NCBI RefSeq assembly: GCF_006345805.1
Contig: NC_043009.1
Span: forward strand, 39,990,001-40,054,000
DNA from: Octopus sinensis
Lineage: Eukaryota
Length of the DNA: 64,000 bases
Reading direction: 5' to 3'
Shown here: piece by piece, positions 12,441 to 27,303 of the stretch
How positions within the stretch are numbered: position 1 is the first letter of the stretch
Layout of the letters: every line of letters starts with the position of its first letter
The notes under the pieces: model-generated
Told to the model about the DNA's origin: nothing
Database searches by the model: none
What the model saw: only the letters and a program-made list of their open reading frames with translations
Translations under genes and position numbers: made by a program

Positions 12441-13048
12441 GTGAAATAGAAAGATGAATAATCTTGTAGCAGATTAATCAAAAGTTTAACCGATACCTTG
12501 GTAGCAAAATCACAGCAGAAGACAGCACGGTTGGAGGTACAACCATATGGTGTTGCAACCGTGCGTTGGTGCGGATAATTGAAATTAAAATATTATTGGT
12601 GAATTGAAGAAATGGAGCTGAACGAAGATTGAACAGAAATCGTTTTATTTCATTCTACACGTGTTTCGAAAGGCACAAATTACCAAAATCCGATTGAATA
12701 ATGAGACCATATTGTGTCTTTCTCTTCAGGAAGAAATAGGAAATCCGTTGGAAAAAACAAAAACAGAACAGAGGCGGAGCAAAACAAATCGAACTAGGCT
12801 CCTAAGAGCCCATGGCAAAACCCATGGGCTCTTAGGAGCCTAGTTCGATTTGTTTTGCTCCGCCTCTGTTCTGTTTTTGTTTTTCCAACGATTTCCTATT
12901 TCTTCCTGAAGAGAAAGACACAATATGGTCTCATTATTCAATCGGATTTTGGTAATTTGTGCCTTTCGAAACACGTGTAGAATGAAATAAAACGATTCTG
13001 TTCAATCTTCGTTCAGCTCCATTTCTTCAATTCACCAATAATATTTTA
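12441..13048. mobile_element. Head-to-head PLE-type pLTR palindrome (~230-bp arms at 12586-12815 and 12822-13048, 6-nt spacer)
   Basis: Near-perfect inverted repeat around CATGG-caaaac-CCATG. The left copy extends to 12441. (AT)n on both sides. Confidence 0.9.
12897..12989 (+). ncRNA. Type I hammerhead ribozyme motif (mirror copy on minus strand at 12646-12738)
   Basis: Stem I TATTTC-TTC/GAA-t-GAAATA, CTGAAGA (12906-12912), stem II GAAAG/CTTTC with extension, GAAA, stem III ACACGTGT, GUA cleavage after 12979. Confidence 0.85.
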
Positions 13049-13500
13049 TATATATATAATATATATATATAGTATATACATATGCCACTACACAAACAAG
13101 CTAAATACAATGAGAGAGAGAGAAAGGAAGAGAGAGGAGAGAGAGATGGAAAAAGAGCGAGAATGGAAAACAGAGCTAAACATACTGACAAACAGAAAGG
13201 AAGTTAGATAGCCTAAGCATCATGTATGTATATATATATACATACATATATACATACATGCACACTTACTGAGGTAGCATCCTACATCTGCATCAATTTG
13301 TAAATGTATATTAGGGTAGCATGCGTATTAGTACAGACATAGAAACTAATTTACTATAAACTGAAATAAAGAAAATTGTCATTACATGAAGAAGGTTGCG
13401 AAACGACCGTCATCGTCCGTATATCAACTAGTGAAATAAACGTATTTATCTCTCATACCGCTGGAATTTTATGCTTTGTATATGTATACATGTACATACA

Positions 13501-13533
<33 letters not shown>

Positions 13534-13534
<1 letters not shown>

Positions 13535-13715
13535 GAGAATTCACGAAGAAACAAAATACGAAGACAGGTGGTGTAGAAAACAAACATGTATTAGTATAAC
13601 GCTCGGGAATTGAAAAAGATTTTAACGTTTCGAGCCTACGCTCTTCCACAGAATGGAACACAGAAAGAAACAAGGAGAAAAAAAGAATGTGTGTAGTGGC
13701 CAGCGATATATTATC
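13534..13715 (-). mobile_element. CUGUNGA-hammerhead family element (copy 2)
   Basis: Minus strand reads CTGTGGA-A-GAGC-GTAG-GCTC-GAAA-CG-TTA, with the family 3' end CACCTGTCTTCGTATTTTGTTTCTTCGTGAATTCTC running into a microsatellite. Confidence 0.75.
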
Positions 13716-13928
13716 CGGTAGCTGATTTTCCCAAGCCAATAAATAATGTTAGAAAATGATTAAAAAAAAAAAACCTCGAATCGTTTATCGTAACATAGCT
13801 CTTACATTGGCTCAATAAAAATGATTTGCTGAATCGCTTTTAGTGAAAAGCTAAACGTTTTTTATATGAAAGCTGTTTACACGTTCGAAACCTGTTAGTG
13901 TCAAATTTTCAACCCACATGTGTTAAAC

Positions 13929-14251
13929 TAGTGGTTCTCAAACGGCTTGTGAGGTTCTATATACGATTTTTAAGGGTTCACCCAACCTCATCATAAATTG
14001 GGGATAAACAATAGTATTTTGTAGATGTGTGTATTAGCATCTATTACAAGAAACAGCTAGGTTTATATTTCTGACGTTTTACATATTTCAACCCCTGCAA
14101 GGCAATCTATGAAAACCAAATAGGAACTTTGAAAGAAGTTTCTATGAAACTATAATAGTTTTTAAACATCGAATGGATGGCAATGGGGGTCTACCACAAG
14201 AGAATAGTAATGAAAGGGGTCCATAGATACAAAATGGTTTAGAAACCCTTG
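13929..14251. mobile_element. hAT-type MITE
   Basis: Ends TAGTGGTTCTCAAAC / GGTTTAGAAACCCTTG resemble CAGTGGTTCTCAA TIRs. Flanks TGTTAAAC and TGTTAGAT are an imperfect 8-bp TSD. Confidence 0.5.
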
Positions 14252-14339
14252 TGTTAGATGATCCAAAACATTGACATCATAAAAATACTTTTTTTAAATA
14301 GATGCAATAATAATTTCCATTTTTGGATTTTTTTCTATA

Positions 14340-14569
14340 CAGTAATCCCTCGCCATATCGCGCTTCACATATCGCGGTTTATTATTTACGTTTACGTCGA
14401 TTCCTCCTTGGTGTTGCTTTGAATTTATCATAAAATAAATATATATACAAATTATAAAAATAATAAAAAATATATATAAAGTACAGTACTGTTTCTATTT
14501 CGCGGATTTTCACCTATCGCTGGTAGGGGCGGTTGGAACGTAGCATCCGCGATAGTCGAGGTGTTATTG
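14340..14569. mobile_element. Tigger/pogo-type MITE
   Basis: TIRs CAGTAATCCCTCGCCATATCGCG and CGCGATAGTCGAGGTGTTATTG with TA flanks. Confidence 0.75.
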
Positions 14570-15275
14570 TACTTCAGATCGAATTTAGAATTATTTAGTA
14601 CAAAGCAATCTATTCAAAGACTTAAACAACCATACTTATTTGTTGAACTAATTAAAATTTTGTCTTTTCCTTATCACCTGATTACTTCTAATCAATTTTT
14701 AAAATGTTTTCTACAATAAAATATGGCAACGGCGACTTGAACGTTGATATTTTACAAGGCTACAAAAATTTGATGAATTAGTCTATATTTGTATTTGCTA
14801 ATTTCTTTAAAATGGAGGGGTTAATTATGGTGTAAAAATCGGAAAATTATGTTCATTTTAGTTTCTAAGAGAGCTATTTATGAGGTTATTTGTCTAGTAT
14901 TAGTGGAAATCTGAATAATGTGAGCGGTACTGATTTATCGTTCAAGAAAGTTATTAGATTAATATCATTTTTCTCTGAATTATATGCTATCATTATTTAC
15001 AAAAGAGAAAGGAAAGGAAAAAAAAATTGCACAGCAAAAATCACAGCACAGCCACCTCCCCTGCTGCTGCTACTTCTGCCACTGCTGCTATTACTGCTAC
15101 TGCTGCTACTGCTGCTTCTGCTGCTGCAGTTATTCTACTGATACTTCTACACTTTCTCCTTCGTTTAATACTTCTATTAACAATAAGTATAATTGTTTCG
15201 AATTTTGATATCACCTCACACAGCTTATCTTTTACATCGCTTTGATCCATCATTGCTAGACAAACCACACGCTGT

Positions 15276-15580
15276 GGAGGCACATGGCCTAGTGGTTAGA
15301 GCAGCGGACTCGCGGTCGACGGATCGCGGGTTCGAATCTCAGACCGGGCGGTGTGCGTGTTTATGAGCGAAACACCTAACCTCCACGCGTCTCCGGCAGA
15401 AGGTAATGGCGAACTTCTGCTGACTCTTTCGCCACAACTTTCTCTCATCCTTTCCTCCTGCAGCTTGCAGCTCACCTGTGACGGACCGACGTCCCGTCCA
15501 GGTGGGGAACCTATACGCCAAGGAAACCGGGAAACCGGCCCTAATGAGCCAGGCATGACTCCAGAAGGAACAAAAACCAC
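15276..15580 (+). mobile_element. tRNA-derived SINE family I, tail type A
   Basis: A-box TGGCCTAGTGGTTAG and B-box GGTTCGAATC in a tRNA-like head. Highly similar to 26439-26735. Confidence 0.9.
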
Positions 15581-15789
15581 ACGTTGCATATTTTACACAA
15601 TCACCGTCCGACAGGAACACATCACATGCTATGGCAATCGCACAACACATATGATGTGCAAATACAACCCCAAAATGTAACACAACTCCCAAAGTACATA
15701 AACTACGCAGTCACTAACCATAATTTTGACTCAAGGTACCAATCACAAAGGAAAAGGCAAAAACTCCAACACCAAACTTAATAACATGG

Positions 15790-16170
15790 CACGCGTGGCT
15801 GTGTGGTAAGAAACTTCCTTCCTAACCACATAGATCTAGGTTTAGCCCCACTACGTGGCACTTTGGGTGAGTGCGAACCAAAGCGTTGTGAGTGGATTTG
15901 GCAGACGGAAACTTAAAGAAGCCCGTCGTATATATGTATGTGTGTGTGTGTGAGTGTATTTCTGTATATTTTTGTCCCTCACCACCGCTTGACAACCGAT
16001 GTTGGTGTGTTTACGTCCATGTAACTTCGACAATGATAAAATAAGTACTAGGCTTCAAAAAATAAGGCCCAATGTCGATTAGTTCGACTAAAAACGCTTC
16101 AAGTTGGTGCCCCAGCATGACCGCAGTCAAGTGATTGAAACAAGTAAAAAAAATAAAAGATAAATAATAA
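15790..16170 (+). mobile_element. SINE family II
   Basis: Head GTGGCTGTGTGGTAAG, internal (TG)n, tail GTGCCCCAGCATGACCGCAGTCAAGTGATTGAAACAAGTAAAA. Confidence 0.8.
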
Positions 16171-17164
16171 AAGAAACATGCAAGTTTTTACCAGAGACAA
16201 CAAACCAAACACTACAACGAAACAAAACTGAGCCCCCCCCCCTCCGTCGTAGCATCATAAATCCCCGGGTAAATTATTGCACTAGACCCTGACTGTAAAC
16301 AACAACTTACTTAGATAATAATTAGTCCCCAAGGCACGTGGGGCCTACGGACAATTGCCCAGTGTGACCATGTCTTTAAACGGCATTTAAGACGGTAAAA
16401 TTATGTTGGTTTAAGAGTAACAAAATTTCACCTCATTCCCAGGACTAACCTTATTTTCCAGGACAAGTAATCACTCACAGTTATGTACTCCGGTCAAAAG
16501 GTGCATGCTGAAAGAAGACCGATTTGCCTGGACCAAGTTTGCCACTCTCACTCTCCTTTCAACATATATAGTGGGGTGGGCAAAGCACTACTTTCTTCAG
16601 CCTCAATTTCCACTCCCAAGTTATTTAGATATTTTCTCCTTGGGTCTCAATATTCTCCTTATGTTGTTTTTATCAAGAATTTACTGGTTTACTGTCTCAA
16701 GAAATAACTTTTAAAATCAGCATCTTGTTTGTTGTTTGTTTTACTTTTTATGCATTTCTTGAACTCAATGCGATGATCTTTTACAATAATGATCGTGATG
16801 AAGGGTGTTTTTATGTTTGTTTTGGTAGTTAGTGTATTTATTATTGTTGTCGTTGTTCTTGTTGATGATGATGATGATGATGATGCGGCAAAAAATTTCA
16901 CGTTTCCAACGATAGGAAAATGTTATGGAGCTGTTGGTTCCATCTGGTGTTGAGTAGAATAAGTGTGCAGCAAGCTGGTCTCTGAGAAACAAAGGATATT
17001 GCAGTAGCTCGAGAAAAGTGAGACTGCAGTTTTTCTTTATTATACGTTTTGATGAAGTTTAACATTTTGGAATGCATAGAGGCAGCAGTAGAACCACCCG
17101 AGATCTGGGCCCAGTATTACGTTATGATTCTTACCCTGAACATTGGAGCCAGTAACCTATTTCT

Positions 17165-17385
17165 TTATTACCCACAAGGGGCTAAACACAGATGGGACAA
17201 ACAAGGACAGACATAGGTATTAAGTCGATTACATCGACCCCAGTGGGAAACTGGTACTTTATTTATCGACCCCGAAAGGATGAAAGGCAAAGTCGTCCTC
17301 GGCGGAATTTGAACTCACAACGCAACGACAGGCGAAATACGGCTATGCATTTCGCCCGGCGTGCTAACGATTCTGCCAGCTCGCT
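17165..17385 (-). mobile_element. SINE family III
   Basis: Reverse complement of GAGCTGGCAGAATCGTTAGCACGCCGGGCGAAATGC...GAGTTCAAATTCCGCCGAGG. Matches 59906-60125. Confidence 0.85.
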
Positions 17386-17860
17386 CACCAATTATTCGGA
17401 GCCTATGTATTTTCCTTTTCTGCGTTAGTCGTTATGACGAAGTTTATATCTTCCATGACTGAAAGATTAGCAAGATATTGAGTCCTAAGATCTGTAGCAA
17501 TTTTATGGGTTTTACACACGCTTTGCTCAAGAATAGAGAATATAGTATGCATAATTGGTGTAAACATATTCAATGAGAGACTGAGGAAATACACATGAAA
17601 CGTTTTAAAGCTTCTGAAGAATAACTAATAACTTTTAATATACCAAACATTTGTATCAATTGGACATGCTACAAGAAGAAAGAGGATGTTAAAAATTCTT
17701 AATAGAAGGAGAAGAAAGAAGTGTTTAATCAATGCATGGATTGTTTATGAGATTCTGTAAACAGATTTCTTATTAGGAAAGGGCACTAATATCCAGCACA
17801 ACAGGTTCCGCGTTTTCACTTTTGAACTGGAATTTGAAACTAGTGTGATTAGTCATCGTG

Positions 17861-18095
17861 GATGTGAATATAGGTGCTACGGAATGGCAGAAAGGAAGTT
17901 TTGTAGATAGGTAACCTCGAACTGTTCGTTGGAAGTATTAAATAACTGAACACCTTGTCACATATGATGCATTCATTTCAAGTAAATGTGAATGAAGGTG
18001 CTATGGAATGGCAGTAAGGAAATCCGGTAAATAAGTAAAATCGAACTGCATATTGACGGTATTAAATAACTGAACACCTTGTCACATACGATGCT
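17861..18095. repeat. Diverged tandem duplication of ~110-125 bp
   Basis: GTATTAAATAACTGAACACCTTGTCACATA occurs twice, each with a similar upstream GGTGCTA.GGAATGGCAG. Confidence 0.8.
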
Positions 18096-18589
18096 GTCAT
18101 TAAATTAAAAATTATAACATGACATTCCAGGAGATTAGATTTAGACAAAGAAATTAAGAAAAGCAAGTCCAGTTTGAGATAAACATGAAAATACATGGGT
18201 GAGAGAAATTCGACATACAGCAAAACATTCAAAGAGAAGCAAATGTAATTAAAATTCGTATGTTGGTTAGAATAAGAATAGCTTAGAAAGGTTTTGGCCA
18301 GTGTTGGCCCAGGCCATGACTAACTAAATAGCACCACCTGATTCATATCAATAAAATAAGGACCTCTAGTCCTCACTGTTCCAGAAGTGAAATGTAGTTA
18401 TAATATTGATTTCAAATTTTGGCACAAGGCCAGAAAGTCCAGAGGCGGGAATGAGACAATTACATCAACCTCAGTGCTGAACTGGTACACCCAAAATGCA
18501 TACAATAGGACTTTAACCCAGATAATGTTATATAATGCATAAATATATACATAAACACAGAGTTATGTAATTGTATGTCATTGTATATT

Positions 18590-18790
18590 GGTTTTAAACT
18601 TTGGTACAAGGCCAGGAATTTAGGGGAGGGTTTTAATCGAATACATCGATCTCTGTGCTCAAGTAGTACTTATTTGATCGACTCCAAAAGCATGAAAGGC
18701 AAAGTCGACCTTGGTGAAATTTGAACTCAGAAAGTAAAGACAGATGAAATACCGTTCCGCCTTTCAACCGTTGCCTTTCGGCCAGCGCAC
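18590..18790 (-). mobile_element. SINE family III, degenerate
   Basis: Contains TGAAAGGCAAAGTCGACCTTGGTGAAATTTGAACTCAG, homologous to 17280-17320. Confidence 0.65.
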
Positions 18791-19831
18791 TGGTAGAATC
18801 TTACGTGAGGAATATAAAGAGACATATGATGTAGAAGAGTACAGAAGGCAACATTTTATTAAGTGTATGATATGAGAACATGCTTAGCGATATTTTTCTG
18901 GCTCCTCTCGACTTTTAAAATATAGCTGTGTACTTTCATTTTCAACATGTGCACATTCAATCGTAGAAGTAACTTAACGGAAGAAAATAACACGGGAGAG
19001 AATTTTTTTTCTTGTAGATTATATGTGTGAAAGTACACTGAGGAGGGGCTACAAATGATGTTATCGGACACGTCATGTTTCATCAGACACAGAAACCGAT
19101 TATAAAAGAAAATGAAAATGAATAAACAAAGCACTAACAAAAAATGTTGCTTAAACTATGAATTATTTCTAATCTCTGAAATAAATGGAAGAAAATTATC
19201 CTAATTTTAATATCTGTAAATAGAACTAATTAGAGTGCAAGGATTAAAAGCAGAAACAATTCTGATAATAAAAGATTATTTCATTATTACAAATAGACAC
19301 GCAGGAGAATATTTCACCAAGGGAACTTAATTTAAGATGTACATTCAACATAGAGGAAACGGCACAGCACACGTATTACGTAGATTATAGGGTACTTTCA
19401 CGATAATAATACTTGGCGTACTGAAATGAAAACCTGGTACCAACATAAGATGTAGAGAACTACACAAGTTAATGCATTGAAAACACACACTGAAATTTAA
19501 GACTAATGAAAGATGAAATAATCCATGACATAAACCTTGCTTCCTAACCACATGGTTCCGGGTTCAGTCCCAATGCTTGACACTTTCGTCAGCTGTCTTC
19601 TACTATAACCTCGAGCCAACCATGGCCTTGTGAGTGAATTTAGTTGACGGAAACTGAAAGGAGCCCATCGTATATATTTATATGTGTGTGTGTGTGCGTG
19701 CGTGTGTGTATGTATGTATGTACATATATATATATATATATATAAATAATACATATATATATATATATATAAATAATACATATATATATATATATAATAT
19801 ATAATACATACATATATATATAATACATACA

Positions 19832-21732
<1,901 letters not shown>

Positions 21733-22249
21733 CACATATATATATATATATAATACATATATATATATATTATATATATATATATATATAATATATATAT
21801 ATATAATATATATATATAATATATATATATGTATATACTTATGTGTGTGTGTATATCTGCGTGTTTGTGGGTGTGTAGGTGGTTGTGTCTTTGTGTCTGA
21901 AGTTGTCTACCACCACCCCTTGATAAACAGTGTTGATTAGTTCATGTTACCGTAAACTAGCGGTTCGAAAAAAGAGACCGATAGAATAAGTACCAGCCTT
22001 AAAAAAGTAAATCCTGGGGTCGATTTCTTCGGCTAAAACCCTTCAAAGCAGAGTGCCCCAGCATGACCTCAGTCTAATGACTGAAAAAATTAAAGGATAA
22101 AAGATATCGACTCCAATGTTCACCTACTGATGCAATACTTCTCGATGCTGTATTTCTGATCCAATATAGTTTTTTTTTCTTTTTCTTTATTTTGGCTCTT
22201 ACAGCATAGATCCTCATCCAGGCGACCCGACTTAGCTTGGTCAAGCCTA

Positions 22250-22722
22250 GGCCTGTGTCCAATTGGCTTTCTACCAACTCCATTAATGATCCCTTTTCAT
22301 CCAAATCCACCTAGATGCTTTCTCAGTGCTCTTACGCTGTTTCTGGTGGCATTCCTTCTATTCAGTTATGCATTGCCCAGAATCCTATAGAACTTAGTAA
22401 ATGTAAAAATATTTGATTGCCAGCATCTTATTCGCAACCGTTACTTGCGGCAGTCCTCCACCAACTCTTGACACGCATCTTTCTTCCTCTCTTGCACCGC
22501 CTCCATCCGCTTTTCCTAAGGCACAGCCCACTTCAATATGATTAGTTGCCTTGTTGGCTTGGAAACCAAAATATCTGGTCTCAGCAAAATCTGGGTGATA
22601 ATGCATAGTAAATAAATTAGGCGGAGCTTGCTCAACTTAATCGACCCTACTGCGTAACTGCTAATTATTATATGATTCCCAGAAGAGCTCAAGGCAAAAG
22701 TGACCTCAATGGGATCGTCCAA
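22250..22722 (-). mobile_element. Decayed HERO-like (R2-superfamily) LINE, C-terminal restriction-like endonuclease region
   Basis: Minus translation LRPDILVSKPTRQLIILKWAVP*EKRMEAVQERKKDACQELVEDCRK, then KASRWIWMKR, fits the PD..ELTVPWE..ERK..KY signature. Confidence 0.7.
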
Positions 22723-23384
22723 ACTAAGAATGTAAATCGAGGTAATTAAATACCGCGAGGTATTTTGTCCGTGGTTTCCTAGTTTCTGTCAAACTACCAC
22801 CACAATTATAAGAGAATGTATGTTGGAGGTGGTGAGGAAGAAAAGGTGATGAAAAATTCGGAGGGAAAAATAATGGAAAAGTCAACGAAGAAAGAGATGT
22901 AGAATAGGAAATAGGAATATTATGTTGGAAAGAAATATTAATATTAATGACACTGCAGTGAATGCGTTCCAATATGAAACAAACTCAAGTTGTTACAGGT
23001 GCAGAGAAAAATGGCGTCCAATTATTATTTCAAATAACATATACAAGTTAATAACCAACAGCTGTTAATTTATGATTTTCTTATTTTTCTAAATAATAAC
23101 CGTTATTTACCTCATTAAAGCATTTGCCGCATGTTGTTATTATATACATCATTGCATTTTAGCAATTGGACGTCGTTACCATACTCCTATTCAATAGCAA
23201 GATAGAAAGTGTGGACGAGAAATAATTCACTGCTTGACGTTTACTTAAAATTAGGCAGTGACCACACGTGTAGTTTAGTATCGAATTACAGAGAGATATA
23301 TATTTTTCCCTCTCATCTCTTGTTGATACAGAGAAAAATCTAAAGCAAAAAATGTCCGTATGTGTATATATATAAATATACATA

Positions 23385-23422
<38 letters not shown>

Positions 23423-24149
23423 GTATGTGTATATGTATATATATGTATGTATATATGCTTATATATACTTATATATGCCTATCTATCTATATATTTAGAC
23501 ACACGTGTATAAGTATAGAATAAAAGCATTGATAATGCATGCATGTACATACGTATATATATATATATATATATTTATATGTATGTGTATATGTATATAT
23601 ATACATTTATATATATAGGTGTATGTGTGTGTTTATGTATGTGTCTATGCATATATATACGTTTATATATATAGGTGCATGTGTGTGTTTATATATGTAT
23701 ATATGTATATTTACATATTTGTATATATAATAATGTGTGTGTGTGTGTGTGTGCGTACGCCTGTTTGTCGATGTGTGTATATGAATCTGCGTGTGCGCGT
23801 ATGTGAGCATTTATACATTCAACTCCTACAAAGAATAGCACCTGTGAAAACATATCTGAAAGAAAATGTCGAAGCAGCTGGCGATGTGCTTATGAACACG
23901 GTTTCAAGGTCGATATGTTTTGCTTACCTTCAGTGGTCAGGAATGAATAGCCATCCTACTGAGACTGGGGATTACTGGAGGTCATTCAATATATCGTATC
24001 GACAAATGCTATACCCTAATATATAAAAGGAATCTCGCTTGAAAGTTTCATACAAAACTTTCACGCTTAAATTTCACGCCAACATTTTATGAAACAAGTA
24101 CAGGGATATATATATATTATATATATAATATATATATATATACGTGTAT

Positions 24150-24240
<91 letters not shown>

Positions 24241-24242
24241 AC

Positions 24243-24696
24243 TAATATAGGATGAAGCCTTTTTACAGAAAAAAATTCATCAGAAAATGTGGCAGCATAT
24301 TAAAATACCTTTAAGGTTAAAATTATAAACAACTTATAAACAAGGGCTAAAGAAAATTATTTTATGCCAATATGCTGATAACAGACTTTTAAATCGTCAA
24401 TTTCCACATATTATTTACTCGCTACAGAAAACACGTAGAGGCGCTTGTAGGTATTTCATTTATGTCTTTTCGTATTTTCTACTGAAGAGGAAAAAATTTA
24501 TTATGAGATTAATTCCGAAATTGATTCAATATAGAAATAACGAACATTTTAAAAAATTCTTTTGGCCAGCTTTCCTCGATTTCAGCTCTACGTGTTTTCT
24601 GTAGCGAGTAAATAATATGTGGAAATTGACGATTTAAAAGTCTGTTATCAGCATATTGGCATAGAAATACTTTTCTTTAGCCCTTGTTAATAAGTT

Positions 24697-24703
<7 letters not shown>
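24243..24703. mobile_element. Head-to-head PLE-type element (arms 24324-24440 and 24586-24703) with a hammerhead in the spacer
   Basis: ~117-bp inverted repeat with (AT)n on both sides. Confidence 0.85.
24471..24542 (+). ncRNA. Type I hammerhead ribozyme motif
   Basis: Stem I TTTCTA/TAGAAA, CTGAAGA (24482-24488), stem II GGAA/TTCC, GAAA (24517-24520), stem III ATTGA-t-TCAAT, AUA cleavage after 24531. Confidence 0.8.
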
Positions 24704-24761
<58 letters not shown>

Positions 24762-24764
<3 letters not shown>

Positions 24765-24920
24765 GGTAAAAAATTCAAGATCGAAAATGCTAAAAACTTT
24801 CATAAAAAACATTTCAGTGCCGGTTTCAATCATTGAGACTTTTTCAACTGTAAGTATGGAAAACAATTATATTTTGGAAAATTTTAAAAAAAGCTTTTTA
24901 AAATAATATTTCTATAGTGT
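24762..24920 (-). mobile_element. PLE-like pLTR fragment with a variant (U3/A8) hammerhead at 24813-24852
   Basis: Minus strand reads CAG-TTGAAAA-AGTC-tcaat-GATT-GAAA-CCGG-CA-CTG. The 3' end runs into (AT)n. Confidence 0.5.
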
Positions 24921-24998
24921 TCAAATACAAGTGGCATTTTCCCTATTTCTGCCGGTTTTTACTCTTGTGGGTTCAAGGTCGTTGTGTATTCTTGGTAG

Positions 24999-25042
24999 GG
25001 AAGAAGAAGAAGAAGAAGAAGAAGAAGAAGAAGAAGAAGAAG
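24999..25042. repeat. (GAA)n microsatellite
   Basis: Direct reading. Confidence 0.95.
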
Positions 25043-25192
25043 AATGGGGGAGTGGGATTTGGTTTGCAAGATTCTTTACCTGAGTTCGTGTGTTGAAGCA
25101 TTTTCTGTTGTGTCTGGGAAGAGTCATTCTCTTTTGGTGGCAGTTAATTTTATATTTAAGGCACACTCACAAGTATATATATATATATAATC

Positions 25193-25225
<33 letters not shown>

Positions 25226-25329
25226 ATATATATACATATATATGTATGTATGTATGTATGTATATATATGTATGTATGTATATATATATTATATATATAT
25301 ATGTATGTATGTATGTATGTATATATCAA

Positions 25330-25740
25330 CTGTTTCAGTGATTAGGCTGCAGCCATGTTGGTACACACTTTAAAGAACTTTTGACCAAATGAATTGACCG
25401 CAGTACTTGTTTCTTTTAAAACCGGATGCTTATTCTACTGTTTCTGTTGCCGAACCGCTAAGTTACAGGGATCTAAACACACCCACGCGAGTTGTCAAGC
25501 GGTAATGGGGGACAAACACAGATGCAAAGACACATAAGGATACACACACACACATACATACACACATATATACGTTGGGTTTCTTCCAGGCTCCGTCTCC
25601 CAAATCCACTCACAAGGCTTTAATGGTCCTGAGGATATAATATAAGATACTTGGTCAATATATCACGCAGTGGGTCTGAACCCGGAAGCAAGTAGTTGGA
25701 AAACAAGCTTTCTACCACACAGCCACGCCTGCGCCTATAC
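25330..25740 (-). mobile_element. SINE family II
   Basis: Reverse-complement homology to 34913-35317. Confidence 0.75.
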
Positions 25741-25752
25741 ACACACACACAT

Positions 25753-25793
<41 letters not shown>

Positions 25794-25794
25794 A

Positions 25795-25831
<37 letters not shown>

Positions 25832-26438
25832 CATAAATAACTTTTGAAATAGTTTGATGAAATTTGTATTTAACAAGCAATTTCTAATATCACGACATTG
25901 TTAAATAAAATTTTATCAAATTTTTTCAAAAGTCATTTATGTCTTTATACACGCCTGATCTTTTTTTTACTTGTATTGTACAATGTATTCTATATGTTTT
26001 TGTACGATAATACATTAAGGAGCTTTTTTTTTACTAAGAGTACCACCGGATTACTTGAATCTATATATTGTGACTTACATATATACACATACGCACATAC
26101 ACACACGCTCACACTCACACACACAATTTCCGACGAAGGCTAAAAGGCGTAATATTCGAAATGAATGTCTCTCCTATTTTTATAACACCCCTCCCCACCA
26201 AAAAGCTACTTGATAATTCTTCAATTCAATATTAAATTGGTTTTATGTATGATACACTACTGTATTTATTCAATTAAAATATGAAACCTCTTTAAAGTGG
26301 TATCCCAGCATGACTGCAGTCCAATGGCTGAAGCAATTAAAAGATGAAAGGGGGGGAAAAAAGATACGCCTAAACATTTTATATGTTCAGCTACTACTAA
26401 ATTTTTAAAAAAAATAGGATCTGCACTACGCATCAAGT

Positions 26439-26735
26439 GGAGGCACATGGCCTAGTGGTTAGAGCAGCGGAATCGCGGTCGACGGATCGCGGGTTCGAAT
26501 CTTAGACCGAGCGATGTGTGTTTTTATGAGCGAAACACCTAAGCTTCAAGCGACTCCGACAGAAGGTAATGGCTAACTTCTGCTGACTCTTTCGCCACAA
26601 CTTTCTCTCACACTTTCCTCTTGCATCTTGCAGCTCATCTTCGACGGACCGGCGTCCCGTCCAGGTAGGGAACCTATACGCCAAGGAAACCGACCCTAAT
26701 GAGCCAAGAATGGCTCGAGAAGGAACAAACAACAC
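26439..26735 (+). mobile_element. tRNA-derived SINE family I, tail type A
   Basis: A and B boxes present. Highly similar to 15276-15580. Confidence 0.9.
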
Positions 26736-26789
26736 TACGTATCAAAAGATCTATGTTCAAAAGTGACCATTGTATGAAAGTTTATAGAT

Positions 26790-27256
26790 CTTTTATCTAT
26801 TGTTTCAGATTTTGGTGTGCGGCCATGCTGGGGCACCGCCACGAAGGAGTTTAGTCAAAGGAATCGACCACACTACCTAGCTCTTTAAAGCCTGGTACTG
26901 TCTATCATTTTGGCTGTACTTTTGTTACGCGGACGTAGCCATACCTACACTGGTTATCGAGCAATGTTTGAAGGTAAATGCAAACGCAAAGTCATACATT
27001 CGATAATATCCCAGAAACAGCTGTAAAACTTTGAATATTTCCAATAATAATAACGTATATAATTTGAGATGTTTGTCTTGCCTTAACGTTTGTTCTCCTT
27101 AACAATCATATATCCGCTATATCGAAAATCTACAATGGGTCCATAACTACCGTTTCGGCTATAAACTTGGAGCACTGGTAATATGTTACAACACTTACCT
27201 AGTGTACCTAGTCGTTTAGATCACCTGTGAACTAACCCCCATACTTTGTGTGTGTG

Positions 27257-27303
<47 letters not shown>

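Noticed and set aside
12441-13048. CRISPR-like or prokaryotic system interpretation of the repeats
   Set aside because: No regularly spaced repeat-spacer array and no prokaryotic operon features anywhere in the window
16880-16990. Possible minus-strand exon (good acceptor at ~16983; DQLAAHLFYSTPDGTN...)
   Set aside because: Weak donor and no identifiable protein
26125-26170. CCGACGAAGG...TTCGAAATG hammerhead-like motif
   Set aside because: Stems do not pair
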